This document shows, piece after piece, positions 9,175-18,730 of a stretch of 64,000 nt of DNA; position 1 is the stretch's first letter; each line of letters begins with the position of its first letter. The translations under genes were made by a program, and so were the position numbers. Below the pieces are notes generated by a model. The model ran no database searches. It was given only the letters and a program-made list of their open reading frames with translations, and was not told the origin of the DNA. Source of the stretch: Deltaproteobacteria bacterium (GTDB taxonomy: Bacteria > Desulfobacterota > Binatia > UBA12015); contig JAYGCM010000012.1 of the NCBI GenBank assembly GCA_046583355.1, positions 33,208-97,207 on the forward strand. The letters run 5' to 3'.

Positions 9175-9780
9175 TCAGGTCTTGAGGAAGGAGCCGGGTT
9201 TACCCCATTGCCCCTTCTCGAAAAGGAATTTCGTGCTCTTATCGATCTCGATCTGGCCGTCATCGGCCAGCGTAATTTTGAGCCGCTCAAGCGGCCGCGG
9301 TGCGGGCCCCTCGAAGTTGATGCCGCTCTTATAGAACCCGCTGCCGTGGCAGGGGCATTTGAATTTGGACTCTGCCGTCAGCCAGCGAGGCGTACAGCCC
9401 AGATGCGTGCATTTCGCCCAGAGTGCGTAGAAGCCCTCGGGTTCCCGCACGATCCAGACGCGATAATCTTTTTTGAATTTCGCGCTTACCTCGCCAATGG
9501 CGAAGTCCGCCGGCACGCCCGCTTTGAAACTGCTGGGCGGCAGGAAGAGGACACGCGGGAAGGCAGAGCGTAGCGCCGCCAGGAGGAACGTCAGCGAAAA
9601 CGCGCCGAAGAGCATCCAGCCCATGCGCCCAACCACGTCACGGCGCGACCAGAGGCCACCCAATTGGGCCTTTTCGCGTTGCCGTTTGACGCGCTCGAGC
9701 CGCTGCTCTTCACGCCTGCGTACGGCGACTGCCGCGGCGTCGTCGCCGCCGTCAGATACTGTTGCTTCACCACTAGCCAT
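9175..9780 (-). CDS. petC: Rieske 2Fe-2S subunit of the cytochrome bc complex
   Basis: Tat-like SRRD plus TM helix, CTHLGC and CPCHGS boxes, GPAPRPL. Confidence 0.9.
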   Translation of the reverse strand: MASGEATVSDGGDDAAAVAVRRREEQRLERVKRQREKAQLGGLWSRRDVVGRMGWMLFGAFSLTFLLAALRSAFPRVLFLPPSSFKAGVPADFAIGEVSAKFKKDYRVWIVREPEGFYALWAKCTHLGCTPRWLTAESKFKCPCHGSGFYKSGINFEGPAPRPLERLKITLADDGQIEIDKSTKFLFEKGQWGKPGSFLKT

Positions 9781-9874
9781 GGGAAAAATCTCAGCCTTCA
9801 ATAAGGGATTCGAGTCAGCTCCAAGGATAGAAACCACCCCGGAACCTCTCCAATAAGTTTGCCACCGTGACTCA

Positions 9875-10246
9875 TTAGTCCGGCTTGTTTGAACGGAAGC
9901 GCTCTCGCAGCGAGCGTCCCATCCCCATAAGTACACCAATTAACGCGGACAAGAGGCCCATCGACATGAGCACAATCCCGACCGGCGGGAAGACCAGAGC
10001 CAGCATGAAACCGACGGCGATAAGAGGAATGCCGAATGCGAGCGGGTTGAGAGGAGCCGGCTTGGCCCCTGGTTCCCGCAGCGCCGCCTCCGGCACCGGT
10101 TCGGTTACCGTCTCACGAAGCAATTCGACTGCGTATTCACGCATCCCTGGCCGATTCATTCCCTCGGACTCATTGATAGCAGAGGCGAGTTCGCGCGTGA
10201 GTTGGTCTACCCGCGATTCGTCCGCCGCATCGTCCGTAGGCTCGAT
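9875..10246 (-). CDS. Hypothetical two-TM membrane protein. Start uncertain (ATC at 10246, or ATG at 10159).
   Basis: Two hydrophobic helices. The frame stays open and protein-like upstream of the first ATG, and GGGGGA precedes the ATC. Confidence 0.65.
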   Translation of the reverse strand: MEPTDDAADESRVDQLTRELASAINESEGMNRPGMREYAVELLRETVTEPVPEAALREPGAKPAPLNPLAFGIPLIAVGFMLALVFPPVGIVLMSMGLLSALIGVLMGMGRSLRERFRSNKPD

Positions 10247-10347
10247 GTTGTCCCCCGTTCTCTCGCGGCAGAAAAGCCACCGCGAACACGCCGTTTTGGC
10301 GTCTAAAAAACTTATGGTGGGTAGTTCACTCGATTAGCTCTGTCAAC

Positions 10348-12993
10348 TCAGGAGCCGGTATTTCCGGATGCCGTGCGCTCTGCATCGCGCACATGGGTCG
10401 GGGTTCCCGGCCACGCTTCGACCCCGGGGACCAGCAAGCCCGCACCGAGTCGCCGCAACACCGCTGCCGTCTCGGGCGCATCTACGATTCGCCTAATGCG
10501 CTGGTCCCGCGAGGTGCGGCCCTTTTCGATCGTCAGAAGGCCCATCTCGGCAAAACGGGAAGTCGCGTTCTTGAAAACGATCGGATTGGCCGCCTCGGGA
10601 CGCACAACCTCGCCGAGCAGGCGGGCCGCGTCGAAGCTGCGACCGATCTGTTGCATCCATTCGGCATCCGGCACCGACTCTTCGCCCAATTGCCCAATGG
10701 CCCGCGCGGCGATCCAATAGGCTTCGCGGAAATTTTCCAGAATGCTGCCCAGCGCTCGAACCAAGGGCACCGAGGCACCTCGCCCGGCAAAGCCCACGCC
10801 ATGCGCATCAAAATATTCCAGAATGCGGGTGATCCGGGGCCCGACATCGGCGTGCTCCGGCAACGGGAATTCCCACCGGAAGATCTCCAACCACCACCAG
10901 ACTTCTTGTTCCAGATCCTCGCGCGCGACACCGCGCATCAACGCATGGGCCACCAAAGAGGCGGTCAGGAAGAAATGAATCGAGTTGTTTTTGTAGAAAT
11001 CCAGCGCCGTTCGCTTGCCCTTGGCGATGCGCATCACACGCTGTCGCCCCTCACCTTCAATCTCGATCAGTCCAGTGCCGTGCAGAAAGGAGAGGATTTC
11101 ATTGAAGTCATCGCGGCCGAGATTGCGCTCCAGGGACGGCGTGAAGGTCGCCCCGCGCCAGCGCAGCAATTCGGCCAAAGCCCGAGAATCCCGTGCAAAA
11201 TCAGCGAAGCAGACACCGGTATCCGGGGCAGAGAGAAGGACGGTTGCCGACAGCGAAGTCGCGCCCACCACGGCGGCCTCATTCACATCGCGCAAAATGC
11301 GAAAACCGAGCTTCTGCACGAAGCGGCGCTGCTCTTCCTCGACGGCAGCGTCACCCTCGGACGCGGCGAAGCGGTCGAAATTCGCGCCCAGAGTCTCGCG
11401 CAGCGATACCGGCTCGGCGAAGCTCACATAGACCGTGCCGTGGCGTTGCTTGAGCACCGAGCGGGCCCGGAGAAGGCCACCGATGGATTCCCGCTCCTTG
11501 GCGGCGCCGCCCAATTCCGCGTCGTAGGCGTTCTCTTCGGCAATCCGGCCGTAATGAATCGATACGGGAACCAGGTAGAGATCGCGGCGCACGCCCTGGA
11601 GGAACGCACCGACAATGCTCGCCAGCACACCGAGTTTCGGCGTGAGCATCTTGCCCGTGCGGCTGCGCCCCCCTTCAATGAAGAACTCGAGCGTATAGCC
11701 CTCACGGATCAGGGTGGCGAGATAGCGATGGAAGACCATCTTGTAGAGTTTGTCGCCGGCGAAACTGCGCCGCACAAAGAACGCCCCGGCCCCGCGCAGA
11801 AGCGGCCCCAGCGGCCAGAAGGCCATATTGATGCCGGCATGGATATGCGGTGGTGACAGGAAGTTCTCACGGAAAACGTAGGAGAGCACCAGATAATCAA
11901 AGTGGCTGCGGTGGCACGGCACCAGCACCACGGGGTGATTCTTCACGCGCTCGGCCACCCGCGCGAGACCTCGTACCTCAAGGCCGCTGAAGGCCCGCTT
12001 CCAGACTTGATGGAAAGCTCCTTCGGCCAGGCCGAAGGCAAAGCCGTTGAAGTTGGCGGCCATCTCCCAGAAAGAGCGGCGTGCCTCACGCCAGGCCTTG
12101 GCCTCCGTGATGCCGCGCTCGGCGGCGATGGCGCTTACCTGGCGAGCTACATCGGGGCCCTCAAGCACACGCTCGGCCAGCACCTCGCGCGAAGAAAGCA
12201 GCGGGCCCCAGACCGCTCGTTCTTCCTGGGCCAATTCGCGCTGCAATGCGTTGCCCAGGCGCCGCACCACCCGCGCCTCATGCATGCGGCGACAACCCAC
12301 GAGAAAACGCTGTACATCGGTGGTGCGTCCGAAGCTGACCAGCAGATCCTCGCGATTAAAGGCGTAAGTGAAAAACTTTTTCAGGTCATTCGGCGCATCG
12401 TGCACGCTATAGGCGAGCGCCGAGAGACGGCGGATTTGGCGCCGGAAGGCGCGACCGCGAAAGACCGAAAGCGGAACCAGATGCACGGGGCGGCCGGTCC
12501 GGCGGGCCAGACGCACAACCTCATGCAGTATCGCCTTACCGGGGCGCGCCGCCGCCAACGATTCACGACGGGTGGCAAGCACCCACGGAGTGCGTGCGCG
12601 CAAAAAGAGCACCACGGGTTCGCCCGCGGCAACGTGCCGTACGACTTCTTCGCAGTCGCGCGAGAGCCGACGTGCCGGGCTCGGCCAATGCGGATCGCGC
12701 AGCCACGCGCGAAATAGCCGCCAGCGCTCGTCCAGACCCAGCGGCAAGCCACAAAAGTATTGGGGAAGCGGCAGGCGCTCGCGGCGGAGAATCCAGGAGG
12801 CCAGGTAGGCATCGAGAATCGAGCGATGCCGCAGCACATAGACTACCGCGCCCTGCCGGCTGCGCTCGCGAACCATCGCCAATCCCGCTGCATCAACATG
12901 CACATGAGCGGTCAGCCAGCGCGCAAGCAGGAAGCGCAAACCGCGCGCCTCGGGCCGGGCGGTAGCGCGAGGGGTTTCGGAGTCCATGCTCAT
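10348..12993 (-). CDS. plsB: Glycerol-3-phosphate O-acyltransferase PlsB
   Basis: PCHRSHFDY, GAFFVRR, FFIEGGRSRTG, LVPVSIHY acyltransferase blocks I-IV. Confidence 0.88.
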   Translation of the reverse strand: MSMDSETPRATARPEARGLRFLLARWLTAHVHVDAAGLAMVRERSRQGAVVYVLRHRSILDAYLASWILRRERLPLPQYFCGLPLGLDERWRLFRAWLRDPHWPSPARRLSRDCEEVVRHVAAGEPVVLFLRARTPWVLATRRESLAAARPGKAILHEVVRLARRTGRPVHLVPLSVFRGRAFRRQIRRLSALAYSVHDAPNDLKKFFTYAFNREDLLVSFGRTTDVQRFLVGCRRMHEARVVRRLGNALQRELAQEERAVWGPLLSSREVLAERVLEGPDVARQVSAIAAERGITEAKAWREARRSFWEMAANFNGFAFGLAEGAFHQVWKRAFSGLEVRGLARVAERVKNHPVVLVPCHRSHFDYLVLSYVFRENFLSPPHIHAGINMAFWPLGPLLRGAGAFFVRRSFAGDKLYKMVFHRYLATLIREGYTLEFFIEGGRSRTGKMLTPKLGVLASIVGAFLQGVRRDLYLVPVSIHYGRIAEENAYDAELGGAAKERESIGGLLRARSVLKQRHGTVYVSFAEPVSLRETLGANFDRFAASEGDAAVEEEQRRFVQKLGFRILRDVNEAAVVGATSLSATVLLSAPDTGVCFADFARDSRALAELLRWRGATFTPSLERNLGRDDFNEILSFLHGTGLIEIEGEGRQRVMRIAKGKRTALDFYKNNSIHFFLTASLVAHALMRGVAREDLEQEVWWWLEIFRWEFPLPEHADVGPRITRILEYFDAHGVGFAGRGASVPLVRALGSILENFREAYWIAARAIGQLGEESVPDAEWMQQIGRSFDAARLLGEVVRPEAANPIVFKNATSRFAEMGLLTIEKGRTSRDQRIRRIVDAPETAAVLRRLGAGLLVPGVEAWPGTPTHVRDAERTASGNTGS

Positions 12994-13010
12994 TAGCTTA
13001 CTCTGGACAG

Positions 13011-13970
13011 ATGCCCGCTGCACACTCCCACACAATCGAAGTCTTGGAAAACGAAATAGGGGCTCGTCTCGATGCCCTACTGGCAGAGCGCCTCGGCATC
13101 GGCCGCCGCGCCGTGCTGCGTCTACTGGACCGTACCCGCGTCAATGGCCACCGTGAACCGAAATCCATGCGCCTGCGCAGCGGCGACCGCATCGAGATCC
13201 TGCCCGGTACTACGGGCGAAGCCCCCGAGGCGTTGCGGGTCATGCGCAGCACCACCGGCGTCCTCGTCATCGACAAACCCGCCGGCCTACCCACTCTCTC
13301 GCTGGCCGGACAAGACGAAGACACGCTGGCCGCACGGGTGGCGGCTTTCGATCCGGGCTGCCGCGAGGCCGGTGCGCCACTCGAATCCGGTCTCGTACAA
13401 CGACTCGACACAGGCACCTCCGGACTGATCCTGGCCGCACGCAATGCCGACGCCTGGCGCGCTTTGCGCGAGCAAATTGCCGGACATGAATTGCAGAAAA
13501 CCTATCTCTGCCTGGTTGCAGGGACCCTCGCCGGAGACCAGACGATCGCCACGCCGATCGGTCAGCACCGCAAGAGCCGGCGACGCATGATCGCTCTTTC
13601 CCACGAAGCCCCCCCGGAACGCTACCGAACCCAGGTGGCCGAGAGCCGCATGACGGTACTCGGTCGCGCCGGCAATGGTACCTTCGTGCGAGTCGCGACC
13701 AGTACCGGAGCGCGCCATCAGGTCCGCGTCCATCTGGCGAGCATCGGTCACCCGATCGTCGGCGATACCCTCTACGGCGGGCCCGATCTCAGCGACACCT
13801 ACTACGGCGGCGCCGCGCTCGCCGATGCGCCCGGCCATTGCCTGCACGCCGAGTCGATCCGCTGGCGGGATCCGGATAGCGGGCACAGCGAATTCGAGGA
13901 ATTGGCGCCGCCGACGTGGTGGGAGCAGGCCGCCGGTGGCGTGCTACCGCTCGCACCAGCCCAGCCTTGA
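13011..13970 (+). CDS. RluA/RluD-family pseudouridine synthase
   Basis: S4-like N-terminus, IDKPAGL, QRLDTGTSG, TGARHQVRVHLASIGHPIVGD.LYG. Confidence 0.92.
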   Translation: MPAAHSHTIEVLENEIGARLDALLAERLGIGRRAVLRLLDRTRVNGHREPKSMRLRSGDRIEILPGTTGEAPEALRVMRSTTGVLVIDKPAGLPTLSLAGQDEDTLAARVAAFDPGCREAGAPLESGLVQRLDTGTSGLILAARNADAWRALREQIAGHELQKTYLCLVAGTLAGDQTIATPIGQHRKSRRRMIALSHEAPPERYRTQVAESRMTVLGRAGNGTFVRVATSTGARHQVRVHLASIGHPIVGDTLYGGPDLSDTYYGGAALADAPGHCLHAESIRWRDPDSGHSEFEELAPPTWWEQAAGGVLPLAPAQP

Positions 13971-13986
13971 GTCGACTACGGAGGAG

Positions 13987-14358
13987 CTATTTTCGCGACG
14001 ACTTCCGGCCTTTGGTGGGCGCCTCCGAGCAGGGCAGGCAGATATTATTCTTGTTGTCCTCGTCTTCGATCAGGCCTTCATCGAGGTTGTGGCAGATCTT
14101 CTTGCAGGCCACGCAAATGAAGTAGATACCCTCGGATTCCTTGTCGATGCGCTCGCGGTTCAGAATGCGCCCGGCCAGCTTGGCCACGCGGATCTCAAGG
14201 AGTTCCTCATATTGGCGCTTGATCTTGAGCCGCCCTGCTTCGTCCTTGGGCATCGCCTCGGCGGCGTCCTGGCGTGACTTCTGACTATCACCCCAGAGGC
14301 TGAAGCTCTCTTTTTTCGTCGCGCCGCCCTTGGTGGTTTTCTTCTTCGCTCGCGCCAT
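13987..14358 (-). CDS. Small basic protein with a putative Zn finger
   Basis: MARAKKKTTK start after GAGGGG, CVACKKICH...CLPC, basic tails. Confidence 0.7.
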   Translation of the reverse strand: MARAKKKTTKGGATKKESFSLWGDSQKSRQDAAEAMPKDEAGRLKIKRQYEELLEIRVAKLAGRILNRERIDKESEGIYFICVACKKICHNLDEGLIEDEDNKNNICLPCSEAPTKGRKSSRK

Positions 14359-14658
14359 CCGCCACGTCCCCTCAGCCGCCATGCACACAAAGCGTGTAGA
14401 GCGGGCCTCAAGGGATCTTAGGATGGACTCCGGGGAATTCAAGCTACCCCGCCAAAGACGGGACTTTTACCGGCCGTGCCTCTGGCCCGGTTTTGCGAGG
14501 TCTGATAGCTCCAAACCGGCCGCGATCGCGCCCTCGGCGCAAAGCTGCCAAGGCTGCGTTATGCCTTCCTGGGAAGAACTCCCTTCACGCCGCTCCTTGC
14601 GCGGTGCAATCGAACGCAAAAGAGCGGCGCAGCTCGCGGATGCAAAAGACGGAAATTC

Positions 14659-15531
14659 ATGACCACCCACAACGACGACAACGACAAACCCACCCGCGCC
14701 GCCGAGCGCCCGATCGAGAGCGGCGAGACGCTTCTCTTCATTGACGAAAAGGGGCGCGAATACCTCCGCGAGTTGCGCCCTGGCCGCCGGCTCAGCTTCC
14801 AGAAGGGCCATCTCGATGTCGACCCGATCATCGGCCGCCATGACGGCCTGAAGCTGCGTACCTCAGGGGGGGGAACGGTCTTCGTCTTCCGCCCGACCTA
14901 CGACCGGCTGATTCCCAACCTGCCGCGCAAGGCTCAGGTGATCTACCCGAAGGACTCCGGCGCCATCCTCACCCACACCGATATCTACCCCGGCGCGCGT
15001 GTGATCGAGAGCGGCGTCGGCCCCGGCGCGCTGACGATGGCCCTGCTGCGAGCCATCGGCCCCGAAGGTACCCTGGTCTCGATCGAGCGCCGCGAGGACC
15101 ATATCAAGATGGCGCGCGAGAATATCGCCGCCTTCTATGGCGACGCCCCCAATTGGACCACCATCCTCGCCAGCGCCGAAGACGAAATCCCCAAGCACCG
15201 AGCAGACCGCATCATTCTGGATCTACCCGACCCCGCCCCGGTCATTCCGGCAGCGGCCGAAGCCTTGCGCCCGGGTGGCATGGTCGCCAGTTGGGTACCG
15301 ACGACGCTGCAGCTCGAGTCGCTCGGTGAGGCGCTGCGCACGGAGAAGCGTCTGGTTGAGCCGCGCACCTCGGAGATTCTGGAACGCTTCTGGCATGTGG
15401 CGGCGAATTCGATCCGGCCGGATCATCGCATGGTCGCCCATACCGGGTTCCTCACGACGGCATGGCGCCTGGCCGATGAAGAACCGCTTGAGCCAGCGAA
15501 TCCGGTCGAAAAGACCGAAGTTCCCGTATAA
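14659..15531 (+). CDS. trmI: tRNA (adenine58-N1)-methyltransferase TrmI/GCD14 family
   Basis: LPRKAQVIYPKD, VIESGVGPGALT, ILDLPDP, RPDHRMVAHTGFL. Confidence 0.9.
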   Translation: MTTHNDDNDKPTRAAERPIESGETLLFIDEKGREYLRELRPGRRLSFQKGHLDVDPIIGRHDGLKLRTSGGGTVFVFRPTYDRLIPNLPRKAQVIYPKDSGAILTHTDIYPGARVIESGVGPGALTMALLRAIGPEGTLVSIERREDHIKMARENIAAFYGDAPNWTTILASAEDEIPKHRADRIILDLPDPAPVIPAAAEALRPGGMVASWVPTTLQLESLGEALRTEKRLVEPRTSEILERFWHVAANSIRPDHRMVAHTGFLTTAWRLADEEPLEPANPVEKTEVPV

Positions 15532-15579
15532 TATTGTTACCAGGGAGCGGCCGCGGGGCCGCCAGGCATAGGGGTGCGC

Positions 15580-17997
15580 ATGTCCGACGAAATCAAGTCT
15601 GATGAAGAAGAAGAGGAAGAGGAGCTCGATCAGAGCGCGAAGTTCTACGGCTTCGAAGAAAATACGGGTGATATCGAAATCCCCGAGACCCTGCCGATCC
15701 TCGCCTTGCGCGGCATCGTCATCTTCCCTTCGGCGATCGTACCGCTGCCGATCTCGCGCAAGCCCTCGCTGGAGTTGGTGGAGCAGGCTCTTGCCGGTAA
15801 CCGCTTGCTCGGTTTGGTCGCACAAAAAATCACCGAGGAAGAAACCCCTACCGCCGAATCCGTGCATCGACGTGGCACCGTCGGGCGGCTGCTCAAGATG
15901 CTGAAATACCCGGACCAGAGCGTGCGCATTCTGGTGCAGGGACTGCACCGCATCGAGGTCGAGGAATTCGAGCAGATCGCGCCCTATATGCGCGGGCGCA
16001 TCCGCACGCTCGAGGATATCTACGATTCCAAAGAAGAGCTCAAAGCCATGCAGGCGCATCTCGTGAATCAATTCGCGAAATTCGTCTCCATGATTCCCTA
16101 CCTCCCTGATGAGTTGCAGCTCGTCGTGATGAATATCAAAGACCCAGGCAAGGTCACCGACCTGATTTCCTCGAACCTGAATATCTCCGTGGACGAGAAA
16201 CAGGACCTCCTCAATACGGTCGAAGTCCGCGCGCGGATGGACCGCCTCTCGAAGATCCTCGGCCGCGAGATCGAGTTGCTCGAACTCGGCTCCAAAATCC
16301 AATCGCAGGTCCAAGGCGAGATGGCGCAGAACCAGAAGGAATTCTACCTGCGCCAGCAATTACGCGCGATCCAGAAAGAACTCGGCGAGGGCGACCCGCG
16401 CGGCGCCGATGTCGATGAATTGCGGCAAAAGTTGGACGACGCCAAGCTGCCGGAGGAGGCGCGCAAGGCCGCCGACAACGAACTCGACCGCTTGCGCATC
16501 ATCCCGCCGGAATCCGCCGAGCATTCCGTGGTGCGAACCTACCTCGAATGGCTCGCGAACCTCCCCTGGAATCACTCGACCGCAGACAACCTCGACCTGC
16601 ACCACGCCCGCGCCATCCTCGACGAGGATCATTTCGGCCTCGATAAGGTCAAGGATCGAATCCTTGAGTACCTGGCGGTGCGCAAATTACGCGACGACCC
16701 GAAGAGCCCGATTCTCTGCTTCGTCGGCCCCCCGGGTGTCGGCAAAACTTCGTTGGGCCGCTCGATTGCACGCGCGATGGACCGCAAATTCGTCCGTCTC
16801 TCCTTGGGTGGCGTGCGGGACGAAGCGGAAATCCGTGGCCATCGGCGCACCTATGTCGGTTCGCTGCCGGGCCGCATCATTCAGAGTATGCGTCGCGCCG
16901 GAGCCAGGAACCCGCTCTTCGTGCTCGATGAAATCGACAAAATCGGCGCGGACTTTCGCGGCGACCCGGCCAGCGCCCTGCTGGAAGTCCTCGACCCCGA
17001 ACAGAACTCCAGCTTCTCCGACCATTACCTCGATATTCCCTTCGACCTCTCACGTGCGATATTCATCACGACGGCCAACCAGCTTGAGCCGATTCCGCCG
17101 GCCTTGCGCGACCGCATGGAGGTAATCGAACTCTCCGGATACACCGAGGAGCAGAAACTCGAGATCGCCAAACAACATCTGGTCAGCCGCCAGATCGAAG
17201 AGAATGGACTTTCCGGAGTCGATATCACCTTCGATGACGATGCCATCCGCAAGACGATCCGCGACTATACCCGCGAGGGCGGCCTGCGGAACCTGGAGCG
17301 CGAGATCGGCCGGGTCTGCCGCAAGGTCGCGCGCATCGTCACCGAGGGCGGCGAGGGCCCCTTCCCCATCACCTCCGCGAAAGTCCGCGAATTGCTTGGC
17401 CCCGAGGTCTTCTTCTCCGAGGTCGCCGATCGCATCGCGCGTACCGGCGTCGTGACCGGCTTGGCCTATACGGCTGCCGGCGGCGATATCCTCTTCATCG
17501 AGTCGACCCAGATGCCCGGCAAGAAGGGCCTGACGCTGACCGGATCGCTCGGCGACGTGATGAAAGAGAGTGCGCAGACGGCGCTCTCCCTGGTCCGTTC
17601 GCGCGCCAAAGAACTCGGGATCGACCCGCAATTCTTCGAGTCTTCCGACATCCATATCCACGTCCCCGCCGGCGCCACGCCCAAAGACGGTCCCTCGGCC
17701 GGCGTCACAATGGCGACGTCGCTGGCCTCCCTGCTCTCGAACCGCCCGGTGCGGCCGGACGTCGCGATGACCGGCGAGCTGACCTTGCGCGGTGCGGTGC
17801 TGCCGATCGGCGGCGTAAAAGAGAAGGTTCTGGCCGCCGCGCGCGCCGGGATCAAGCATATCGTATTGCCCAAACGCAACGAGAAGGACCTCGAAGATGT
17901 GCCGGATAATATCCGCCAGGAGATCGAGTTCACCTTTGCCGAAGAGATCGGCGATGTCCTGGCGGTAGCCCTGCTGCCGCAGCGCAAGCCAGATTGA
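15580..17997 (+). CDS. lon: ATP-dependent protease La
   Basis: LON N-domain, GPPGVGKTS, LDEIDK, KDGPSAG (Ser), IGGVKEK (Lys). Confidence 0.97.
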   Translation: MSDEIKSDEEEEEEELDQSAKFYGFEENTGDIEIPETLPILALRGIVIFPSAIVPLPISRKPSLELVEQALAGNRLLGLVAQKITEEETPTAESVHRRGTVGRLLKMLKYPDQSVRILVQGLHRIEVEEFEQIAPYMRGRIRTLEDIYDSKEELKAMQAHLVNQFAKFVSMIPYLPDELQLVVMNIKDPGKVTDLISSNLNISVDEKQDLLNTVEVRARMDRLSKILGREIELLELGSKIQSQVQGEMAQNQKEFYLRQQLRAIQKELGEGDPRGADVDELRQKLDDAKLPEEARKAADNELDRLRIIPPESAEHSVVRTYLEWLANLPWNHSTADNLDLHHARAILDEDHFGLDKVKDRILEYLAVRKLRDDPKSPILCFVGPPGVGKTSLGRSIARAMDRKFVRLSLGGVRDEAEIRGHRRTYVGSLPGRIIQSMRRAGARNPLFVLDEIDKIGADFRGDPASALLEVLDPEQNSSFSDHYLDIPFDLSRAIFITTANQLEPIPPALRDRMEVIELSGYTEEQKLEIAKQHLVSRQIEENGLSGVDITFDDDAIRKTIRDYTREGGLRNLEREIGRVCRKVARIVTEGGEGPFPITSAKVRELLGPEVFFSEVADRIARTGVVTGLAYTAAGGDILFIESTQMPGKKGLTLTGSLGDVMKESAQTALSLVRSRAKELGIDPQFFESSDIHIHVPAGATPKDGPSAGVTMATSLASLLSNRPVRPDVAMTGELTLRGAVLPIGGVKEKVLAAARAGIKHIVLPKRNEKDLEDVPDNIRQEIEFTFAEEIGDVLAVALLPQRKPD

Positions 17998-18054
17998 GCC
18001 AAGCCGCGCAGCGCAGCGCCGCGGCGTAGGTTCCGGCCCTGCCCGTGCGTCGTC

Positions 18055-18708
18055 TCAGGAGAGGACGCAGGCTGGCTGGAGTTCGCCGGGCCGCTGGAGA
18101 ATCTGCTCGGCACCAGCGGCGAGGAGCGCCTCGCTCGCACCAAAGCCCCAAGCCACGCCGAATCCGACCACGGCCGCCCGCCGGGCCACCTCCATATCGA
18201 CCACGGAATCACCGACCATGGCGGTCCTATGGGCCGGCACCTCACTGGCTTGGACCAGCCAGTGCAGGCCCGCCGGGTCCGGTTTGAAGACGCCAAGCGT
18301 ATCGCCGCCGATGACATCGCCGACCAGGCCGTCCAGGGCGAGACCGCGCAGAATCGCGCGCGAGTGGCCTTCGTTCTTGTTGGTCAGAACCGATACGCGC
18401 ACGCCCGAGCTCTGTAGCGCTGCCAGAAGCTCGACGATCCCGGCGTAAAGACAGGTCCGGTCGAGAAGATGGCTTGCGTAATACTCGTGAAAGAACGGGA
18501 GCATCTCTTCCCCAGCCGCGGCTGGCCCGGCGGCGGCGTCGAGTGCGCGCGCGACCAACCGGCCCGTGCCATTGCCAATGAAGGAGACGATCTGTGCCTC
18601 GCGCAAGGCCGCATAACCCAACGCCGCAAGCCCCGCGTTGACCGCAGCAGCCAGGTCGGCGCGCGAATCCACCAGTGTCCCGTCGAGATCAAAGACGACG
18701 TGACGCAA
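18055..18708 (-). CDS. HAD phosphatase, phosphoglycolate phosphatase-like
   Basis: FDLDGTLVDS, LTNK, KPDP, MVGDS..D. Start (TTG) is uncertain. Confidence 0.85.
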   Translation of the reverse strand: MRHVVFDLDGTLVDSRADLAAAVNAGLAALGYAALREAQIVSFIGNGTGRLVARALDAAAGPAAAGEEMLPFFHEYYASHLLDRTCLYAGIVELLAALQSSGVRVSVLTNKNEGHSRAILRGLALDGLVGDVIGGDTLGVFKPDPAGLHWLVQASEVPAHRTAMVGDSVVDMEVARRAAVVGFGVAWGFGASEALLAAGAEQILQRPGELQPACVLS

Positions 18709-18730
18709 CGAAGACGGGTTCAGCCGGTGC

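Noticed and set aside
9850..9865. TGGCAAACTTATTGG upstream of the Rieske gene as a sigma54 promoter
   Set aside because: The -12 dinucleotide is GG rather than GC.
14359..14658. 300-bp divergent intergenic region checked for SRP RNA, tRNA-Sec and RNase P RNA
   Set aside because: No conserved signature found by eye.
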